From a virus, in IMG/VR virus record IMGVR_UViG_3300027788_000004, positions 1-64,000 of that record: a stretch of 64,000 nucleotides of DNA; one strand, given 5' to 3'. The translations under genes and the position numbers were made by a program. Position 1 is the first letter of the stretch, and each line of letters starts with the position of its first letter. Shown piece by piece: positions 57,445-64,000 of the stretch. The notes beneath the pieces were generated by a model. That model was not told the DNA's origin. It worked only from the letters and a program-made list of their open reading frames with translations, and made no database searches.

Positions 57445-58074
57445 ATGAAACATATTAAAAGTTACGATGAATACCTTTTAGAATCTGATTCAGCTAAAGC
57501 TATCGAAGATAGAGTTAATAAAATCGGTGAAGTACAAGATAAAGCTGGCGATATTCAAAAGGATCTAGATGATAAAACTGGAGATCTGAGTAAAGCTGAA
57601 ATAAAATCTGCAACAACTACTGATGGTGGTCATGATGACAAATCTAAAGAAATGGATTCTATTAAAAAGGAATTATCTTCAGATAAACCAACAGAACCTG
57701 CAAGACAAGGTTACGATGATAGAGAAGATGAGTCTATTGGAGCTAGAGATGGTGCTGAAAAAGATAAGAAACAATCTGATAAAGATAGAAGAGATGATTC
57801 TTACGGTAAGTTTGGTAAAAGAGATAGTGAAGATAGAGATGGTCAACATATCGACAAAGCAAACGAATCTAATGAAGAATCAATCGATGAAATGCAAGAG
57901 AAACATGATAAATATGATTCTAGATTAACCTCTATGACACTCGGAAAAGTTCTAGATTTCTTAAAGCAAAAAGATCCAGCTGCATATAAAGATATGGAAA
58001 AATATCTAGAGACAAATTTTAAGGATATGACTACTACGGATGAAGATAATTTCTTTACCGGAATGACTTCTTAA
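57445..58074 (+). CDS. Putative internal head protein with a capsid-targeting sequence
   Basis: MKHIKSYDEYLLE leader; highly charged. Confidence 0.7.
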   Translation: MKHIKSYDEYLLESDSAKAIEDRVNKIGEVQDKAGDIQKDLDDKTGDLSKAEIKSATTTDGGHDDKSKEMDSIKKELSSDKPTEPARQGYDDREDESIGARDGAEKDKKQSDKDRRDDSYGKFGKRDSEDRDGQHIDKANESNEESIDEMQEKHDKYDSRLTSMTLGKVLDFLKQKDPAAYKDMEKYLETNFKDMTTTDEDNFFTGMTS

Positions 58075-58083
58075 AAAAATGAA

Positions 58084-59823
58084 ATGTCTAAATTATTAGA
58101 ATTAAAAGATTTATTTATACAGGAAGGCCGAGATCAAACTCTCGGTCTTTTTGATAAATTTGTAGTAATTAAAGAAAAACTTAATGGTACTGGTATATCT
58201 TTCATTAGAGAATCAGGTAAATTTAAGTTTTTCAAAACCGCTTCAGGTAAAAATCTTACCGAATTAGATAGAACAATTCATTCTATTTACGAAAACACAA
58301 TACATCATATACAATCATTACCTGAAGATATTAAAAAATCTTTAGATAATTATAGATTTAATTTAAGATATTTTCCTTCTAACTACGAGAATAGACCTAA
58401 GAACGGATTGATATTAGAGGATGTTAGAACTTTAGATAAAAATGGAAAGATATTAAAGTTTGTTGACGATCCAAAAGTATTAGATTATTTAGCTCATTTA
58501 TTAGAAATTGAACGATCTCCGGTGTGTTATCACGGTAGATTAAATAAGAAGCAAAAAAATATCATTGTTGAAGGGATAGATAAACCAGAAAAATTATATG
58601 AAAATATGAAAACATTGTTTGGTTATTTCAAAGATATGTCCGATGGATATACAATTAAGTTTTTAGATAAACTAAATGAAGATATATCATTAAAGGTGTT
58701 GAATCCAAAAAGTGATATAAAAATTAAAAGGAAATCTAGAACTCCATCTGATACGTATGCATTAGCATTACAAGATATATTAGAATTTGTACAAACTATT
58801 AATTTAGATAACTTTGCTATAAAAGGAGAAACTAAGGTACAAAGAGTCTTAAATTTATTATCTGACATATATTCTAAGTATATACAAAAGAACGGTAGCA
58901 AATATCAAGATATGACAGATTTAGATGGTCCTGATTTCGCAAAAAATATACCGGAATTCGATGTTAATCTTAAATTTGTTGTAAATAAAAATACAATAAA
59001 GTATTTAGAAAAATCTCAAATCAATCAAGAATTATTCAAATTGTTTTTAGGCACATTTACTAAAAAGAAAAAGAATACATCGGTTTTAATAGATGACAAT
59101 ATGCGATTTGAAATAAATAAATTAGTAGATATGATAAGTGATAGAGCAATAGAAACACCAGAAAATAAAGAAACAGTTCCTACATTTGAAGATTATTTTT
59201 ACAATAAATATCAAAAACGTGCTTTATTAGAATCAGATTACTTTTTGAAAGAAGCTATATTATTAGAAAATGTTTCTAAAGATTTAGTACATAAAGAACC
59301 AGGGAAAACACCGGTTAATATCATCGTTGGTAGATTTCAACCACCGACATTAGGACATATTAAATTACTTAGAAAATTAAATGCAGAAAACAGCCTACCT
59401 TGTGTAATAGTACAAGTTAGATCTAAATCTAAGGGTAATCTTAAATTTGACGAAAGCTTAATTACAAAAATTTGGATGGATATCATTAAACAGTATTCAT
59501 TTATAGTATCAGTTGAAGAAGCTCAAACTGGTTTTTTAGTACCAGTTCTCGATGCGTTGCGTTCTAAATATGAACCAGTTTTATGGGGTACAGGAACAGA
59601 TCGTTATAAAGATTATGTAAGAATGATAAAAAACTATGGACCTGAATGCAATGTTTTAGATGATTTTAGACCGTTCGAAGTTAAACGAGATAGTAAAAAT
59701 ATAAGTGCTACTCAAGTTAGAGATGCAATTGAGGCTGATGATGAAAAATTATTTAAGAAATTAACGCCAAAGGCTGAGCATAGATATTACAAACAATTAA
59801 GAACAGAATTGTTACAATCTTAA
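58084..59823 (+). CDS. RNA-ligase-like adenylation domain fused to a HIGH-family (cytidylyltransferase-like) nucleotidyltransferase
   Basis: KEKLNG motif I, DGYTIK and LKV; C-terminal IVGRFQPPTLGH, GTDR and ISATQVR. Confidence 0.75.
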   Translation: MSKLLELKDLFIQEGRDQTLGLFDKFVVIKEKLNGTGISFIRESGKFKFFKTASGKNLTELDRTIHSIYENTIHHIQSLPEDIKKSLDNYRFNLRYFPSNYENRPKNGLILEDVRTLDKNGKILKFVDDPKVLDYLAHLLEIERSPVCYHGRLNKKQKNIIVEGIDKPEKLYENMKTLFGYFKDMSDGYTIKFLDKLNEDISLKVLNPKSDIKIKRKSRTPSDTYALALQDILEFVQTINLDNFAIKGETKVQRVLNLLSDIYSKYIQKNGSKYQDMTDLDGPDFAKNIPEFDVNLKFVVNKNTIKYLEKSQINQELFKLFLGTFTKKKKNTSVLIDDNMRFEINKLVDMISDRAIETPENKETVPTFEDYFYNKYQKRALLESDYFLKEAILLENVSKDLVHKEPGKTPVNIIVGRFQPPTLGHIKLLRKLNAENSLPCVIVQVRSKSKGNLKFDESLITKIWMDIIKQYSFIVSVEEAQTGFLVPVLDALRSKYEPVLWGTGTDRYKDYVRMIKNYGPECNVLDDFRPFEVKRDSKNISATQVRDAIEADDEKLFKKLTPKAEHRYYKQLRTELLQS

Positions 59824-59858
59824 AGATATATAGATTATAATTAAAAAAATTAAATAAA

Positions 59859-60473
59859 ATGTTAGAATCATTAAACGAAGGAAGACATCAAGTGAAGCGA
59901 AAATATGGCGAACATCCTAGAATTAGAATCAATGAAAAGGGTGCAAATGTAAGAGATACAATAATTAACTATGTAGGTAAAAATTATGTAAGAGAACAAG
60001 ATCTTAATAATTACTTAATTCGTTTAGAGGAAGATAGAGATGGACATTCTAAAATAAACAAAGTTAAATTTTTTAAGAGAAATCAAAAATTTTTTAGTAC
60101 TTTCGAAAAAAATGGAGAGAAATATATTAGTCTTTCTAAATATGGACAAAGAGTTTTAGAACTTATAAAACAAGATAAAAAAACTCCACCAGCATTAAAT
60201 GAATCTACATTAAGAAACATTCCATCGTTATCTGAATTTGTATCGGTTAACGAAGCTATTGATGTAGAGGAAGCGTCCTTTAATATGGATAAAATCTTTG
60301 GAGACGATCAAGAATCTATTGAGAAGTTTCAAGATATAGAAGATAATGGAGATTGGAAAGATATGGTAAATTATATAGAGGAATGGGGAGATGAGGATAG
60401 ATTATCTGATTATGGTATCACCTCTGATGCACATGTTAAGAAATTTGCTAAACATATAATGAGAAAGCGATAA
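59859..60473 (+). CDS. Putative internal head polyprotein with a basic, possibly winged-helix DNA-binding module
   Basis: LNE sites flank a basic module; internal IPSLSEFVSVNE; late-type motif at 59825. Confidence 0.55.
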   Translation: MLESLNEGRHQVKRKYGEHPRIRINEKGANVRDTIINYVGKNYVREQDLNNYLIRLEEDRDGHSKINKVKFFKRNQKFFSTFEKNGEKYISLSKYGQRVLELIKQDKKTPPALNESTLRNIPSLSEFVSVNEAIDVEEASFNMDKIFGDDQESIEKFQDIEDNGDWKDMVNYIEEWGDEDRLSDYGITSDAHVKKFAKHIMRKR

Positions 60474-60487
60474 AAAAAATAACAATT

Positions 60488-61213
60488 ATGTCAACATTAG
60501 GTAAATCACAAAAGAATGAATTAGATGAAATGGATGCAGCTGCAACACCAGCATCCGTTAATGGAATGGGTGATATAAGTTTTCCTGGAAATCCTGGTTC
60601 TCAAGATTCTTTTGATACTCAAGAAACTGGTTCCGGTGATATACCTGCAACTAGCTCATTAACAGATAAAGATGATAAAAAGAAAAAGGCAAAAAAGATA
60701 TATGACTTTCTAAAATATAATGCCTTTGTAGAAGAATCAGTGGTAAATGAAGCACGAGATTCTGTTTACATAAAGCAATTAACTGATACATTTAAGAAAT
60801 TCAAATTATCTAGAAAATATGAAATAATGATGGATTCTAGTTATGGTGCCGGTGGTAAGATACCAGTAGTAAGACCTAAAGGTGGATTTGGAGATGGTGC
60901 GATGATAGACAATGGATTGCGTTTAGATGGAGATGGTAAGATTGTAATTAAGAGTTCTAAAAGCGGAATGCCTATACCAGGTGAAAGCGAATTTACGAAC
61001 ATAGATAACGCAATGGTAGCAGCAACCGAATATGTAGATACTATTGATGAAAATGTTCATAATTTAGGTGAAGAACTCGAAGATGCAAGAATGATGAGAG
61101 GTAGTGTTAATTCTCTTAACAAATGGGCCGAGCAAAAAATTAAAGAATCTCATCCTTCATATAATATAAAATCATTTGACGAATTTGAAAATAAAAATTC
61201 AGATATATCTTAA
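60488..61213 (+). CDS. Putative internal head polyprotein
   Basis: LDE, VEE, VNE, IDE and IKE sites; FLKYNAFVEE and C-terminal NIKSFDEFE motifs. Confidence 0.55.
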   Translation: MSTLGKSQKNELDEMDAAATPASVNGMGDISFPGNPGSQDSFDTQETGSGDIPATSSLTDKDDKKKKAKKIYDFLKYNAFVEESVVNEARDSVYIKQLTDTFKKFKLSRKYEIMMDSSYGAGGKIPVVRPKGGFGDGAMIDNGLRLDGDGKIVIKSSKSGMPIPGESEFTNIDNAMVAATEYVDTIDENVHNLGEELEDARMMRGSVNSLNKWAEQKIKESHPSYNIKSFDEFENKNSDIS

Positions 61214-61215
61214 GC

Positions 61216-61245
61216 TGAAACCAACCAACATCTTTTACATATAAT
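61216..61245 (+). promoter_or_regulatory. TGAAAC-N16-CATATAAT promoter for the dUTPase/PolB/RNR operon
   Basis: tgaaac at 61216 and catataat at 61238. Confidence 0.75.
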
Positions 61246-61263
61246 AATTAAATTATATGTACA

Positions 61264-61707
61264 ATGAAATTCCTAAAAATTAAAGACGTAAAGACACCTA
61301 CTCGAGGTACTAGTCAATCAGCTGGTATAGATCTTTACATACCAAACGATTATCCTATAACAGAAGTTAAACCACAGGACTCTATTTTTATTCCATCCGG
61401 TCTTAAAATAAATGTTCCTACAAATAATGTTTTAATTGCAATGAATAAAAGCGGAATTGCACTTAAAAAGAATTTACAAGTTGGAGCCTGTGTAATCGAT
61501 GAAGATTATCAAGGAGAAATCCATATCCATTTAACAAACGTAGGAAATCAATCTACATTTATTGAAGGCGGTGATAAAATAATTCAATGTGTATTGTTAC
61601 CAGTTAATTATGATATTGTAGAATTAGCAGAATCAGAAGAGGATATGTGGAATGGCGAAAAAACTGAACGTGGTGATGGAGGATTCGGAAGTACTGGAGA
61701 AAAATAA
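61264..61707 (+). CDS. dut: Trimeric dUTPase
   Basis: AGIDL, KSG, IDEDYQGEI, KIIQ, RGDGGFGSTG (motifs 1-5). Confidence 0.95.
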   Translation: MKFLKIKDVKTPTRGTSQSAGIDLYIPNDYPITEVKPQDSIFIPSGLKINVPTNNVLIAMNKSGIALKKNLQVGACVIDEDYQGEIHIHLTNVGNQSTFIEGGDKIIQCVLLPVNYDIVELAESEEDMWNGEKTERGDGGFGSTGEK

Positions 61708-61711
61708 ATAT

Positions 61712-61936
61712 ATGAAAAACACAATAAATAAAGGTGGACCTAAAATAGATATAAAAAACACAACTCCTGTTAAATGCAGCGAATGTGATTCTGAGTATTT
61801 TCAACAAGCTACACAATTTAGAAAGGCATCTAGATTACTTACTGGTGCTGCAAAAGATACTATGATTCCAATACCAACTATGCGGTGTGCAGATTGTGGA
61901 AATGTTAATGAAGAGTTTAAGATAGAAGAAATATGA
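61712..61936 (+). CDS. Small zinc-ribbon protein
   Basis: CSEC ... CADC. Start moved to Met 61712 to avoid overlapping dut. Confidence 0.7.
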   Translation: MKNTINKGGPKIDIKNTTPVKCSECDSEYFQQATQFRKASRLLTGAAKDTMIPIPTMRCADCGNVNEEFKIEEI

Positions 61937-63318
61937 TATTAGATATAGAAACACGCTTTAATGATTTACGAATCTCCTACTTTGATCATAACGGAGATGT
62001 TAAATTAAAGGATTATAAATTAGGAACACTTCAAAATTGGGCAGTCTGCTCAGAAACAGATCCACAAAAAGATGCTAGATATAGAAATTGGGATGGAAAA
62101 CCAGTTAAAAAAGTTCGTGCTAAATGGCTAAATAAATGGTCAATATACGAGTTTATAAACAACAGCCTAGACATCGAAGAATTATCTGCACTTAATTTTC
62201 CTAAAATTTATTCAATTGATATTGAGACTGAGGTTATCGATGGATTCCCAAACCCTGATATTTGTAGAGAAAGAATAACAACTATTGCAATTGCTACTCA
62301 AGATAAAAAGGTACTTGTTTTAGGATGGAAGCCTATTACAAAAGATCAAGAAAAGAAAATATACGATAATACTAAAAAACACTTAGAAAAATTTGGTGAT
62401 TGGGAATTTAAGTATAAATGTTTTGATGATGAATATAATATGTTATACACATTCATTAATAGATTCTTACCAAATATGGCATTCGTAACCGGTTGGAATT
62501 TTATAGGATTTGATTGGAAATACATTTATAATCGTTGCAAAAAACTTGGAATTGATTGTGCTCAAGCAAGCCCATCTAAAAAAGTTAATCGAGATAATAT
62601 ACCATTACATATCGGAATGATGGATTACTTGCAAATTTATAGACAATTTGATAGAACCGTCGCAGTTAAAGAAAATAATACATTAGATTTCGTTGCAAAC
62701 GCAGTATTAGGTGTAGGAAAGATTAAATATAACGGTTCATTACAAGAACTTTACGAGAATGATTACGATAAATATGTATTCTACAATGCGGTTGATGCTG
62801 CTGTGGTTACAGAAATCCATGAAAAAATTGCAACTATAAATGCGGTACTTTCCGTATCGGTTTTATGCAATATATCTATGTATAAATGTACTTCTGCAGT
62901 AAACATTACTGAAGCATTTTTATGGAAAAAGTATTATGAACGAGATATGGTAGTAGCCGATGAATTTATTAGACCTGGTGAAAAACGAGGTTATGAAGGA
63001 GCTTATGTAAAAGAACCGCAAACTGGATTCTTTAAGGGTGCTGCATGTTTTGATTTTGCTTCTCTATATCCATCGATAATGAGACAAATAAATATATCTC
63101 CTGAATCGTTCGTAAAGAAAGAATCTGATCCAGAAAAATTAGAAGAATATAGGAAAGATCCTACAAAAATAGTATCAGTTACAGGTGCAGTATACGATAA
63201 TAAACCAAGTGCTATGAAAGCAATTTTAACAGAATTGTACTCTAAAAGAAAAACACACAAGAAACGACACCTAGAATTAGAAATTGAAATACAAAAATTA
63301 AAAAAAATCAAAGAATAA
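61933..63318 (+). CDS. Family B DNA polymerase, N-terminal subunit (3'-5' exonuclease, motif A, first finger helix)
   Basis: DIETE (Exo I), GWNFIGFDWKY (Exo II), YNAVD (Exo III), YEGAYV, DFASLYPSI; stops before motifs B and C. Confidence 0.9.
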   Translation: MILDIETRFNDLRISYFDHNGDVKLKDYKLGTLQNWAVCSETDPQKDARYRNWDGKPVKKVRAKWLNKWSIYEFINNSLDIEELSALNFPKIYSIDIETEVIDGFPNPDICRERITTIAIATQDKKVLVLGWKPITKDQEKKIYDNTKKHLEKFGDWEFKYKCFDDEYNMLYTFINRFLPNMAFVTGWNFIGFDWKYIYNRCKKLGIDCAQASPSKKVNRDNIPLHIGMMDYLQIYRQFDRTVAVKENNTLDFVANAVLGVGKIKYNGSLQELYENDYDKYVFYNAVDAAVVTEIHEKIATINAVLSVSVLCNISMYKCTSAVNITEAFLWKKYYERDMVVADEFIRPGEKRGYEGAYVKEPQTGFFKGAACFDFASLYPSIMRQINISPESFVKKESDPEKLEEYRKDPTKIVSVTGAVYDNKPSAMKAILTELYSKRKTHKKRHLELEIEIQKLKKIKE

Positions 63319-63319
63319 A

Positions 63320-64000
63320 ATGGAGATATCAAGCAGAATTTTATCCGACATAACGGTGTATATGAAATATGCAAAGTTTAATGAAGAAAAAAATAGAAGA
63401 GAGACCTGGGAAGAAATCGTTACCAGAAACAAAGCTATGCATATAAAACATTATCCTAAATTAAAGGATGAGATTGAAAATGTTTATAAGCTAGTATATG
63501 ATAAAAAAATACTTCCATCAATGAGGAGCTTACAATTTGGAGGTAAGCCTATTGAGATTTCTCCAAATAGAATTTATAACTGTGCGTATCTTCCTATAGA
63601 TCACATTGATTCTTTTAGTGAAACAATGTTTTTGTTATTAGGAGGTACTGGGGTTGGATATTCAGTACAGAAACACCATGTTAATCAATTACCTACAATT
63701 CAAAAACCATATCCAAAAAGAAAACGAAGATTCTTAATTGGAGATTCTATTGAAGGATGGGCGGATGCCGTTAAAGTTTTAATGAAGTCTTATATGAATG
63801 GTGGTGGTAGTCGAGTTGTTTTTGATTATTCAGATATTCGTGCTAAAGGTGAAAGACTTGTAACATCTGGCGGTAAAGCTCCAGGACCTCAACCACTTAA
63901 GGAATGTATATTAAAAGTAACTGGTATTTTAGAAGAAAAGGAAAATGGAGATTCATTATCAACCTTAGAAGTACATGATATTATATGTCATATAGCTGAT
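63320..64000 (+). CDS. nrdJ: Class II (adenosylcobalamin-dependent) ribonucleotide reductase, 3'-truncated by the window edge; not in the ORF track
   Basis: Manual translation: MEISSRILSDITVYMKYAK...RRETWEE...LPSMRSLQFGG...NCAY...LLGGTGVGYSVQ...DSIEGWAD...SGGKAPGP. Confidence 0.88.
   Translation, partial: MEISSRILSDITVYMKYAKFNEEKNRRETWEEIVTRNKAMHIKHYPKLKDEIENVYKLVYDKKILPSMRSLQFGGKPIEISPNRIYNCAYLPIDHIDSFSETMFLLLGGTGVGYSVQKHHVNQLPTIQKPYPKRKRRFLIGDSIEGWADAVKVLMKSYMNGGGSRVVFDYSDIRAKGERLVTSGGKAPGPQPLKECILKVTGILEEKENGDSLSTLEVHDIICHIAD

Noticed and set aside
60453-61165. Extra CATATAAT hits at 60453 and 61158
   Set aside because: No TGAAAC at the 16-nt spacing; both lie within coding sequence
61652-61711. 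Upstream start for the Zn-ribbon ORF
   Set aside because: Overlaps the conserved dUTPase motif 5; Met 61712 fits the operon spacing
63240-63330. Intron, frameshift or stop readthrough completing PolB
   Set aside because: The RNR ORF begins immediately and the downstream sequence translates as RNR

Overview
64 kb segment of an AT-rich jumbo myophage with a distantly T4-like gene set. Essentially all real genes lie on the + strand in standard code 11. Bacteroidota is the probable host: no Shine-Dalgarno sites, a Bacteroidota-style bS1 N-terminus, a signal peptide exposing Gln+1, and D-S/T-x sequons. Gene order: 5'-truncated Thr-rich collagen-like fibre; small hypothetical operon; baseplate/neck module (gp48/53/27/54/5/13/25/6/7-like) interrupted by a four-domain ribosomal protein S1 homologue and a degenerate amidoligase; several very large virion proteins, the last ending in a Hint domain; putative lysis-accessory genes; tail-tube-like gene; RuvC, gp32 SSB, primase, UvsY, UvsW; a 51.9-61.2 kb block of proteins with T4-like capsid-targeting peptides and (L/I/V)xE protease sites, including two ligase-fold adenylation proteins and a HIGH nucleotidyltransferase; MBD4-like glycosylase; dUTPase; the N-terminal half of a split PolB; and a truncated class II RNR. 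Two promoter classes can be read by eye: TGAAAC-N16-CATATAAT (five copies, one antisense) and RATAWATA (putative late). All annotations come from motif recognition; no searches were run.
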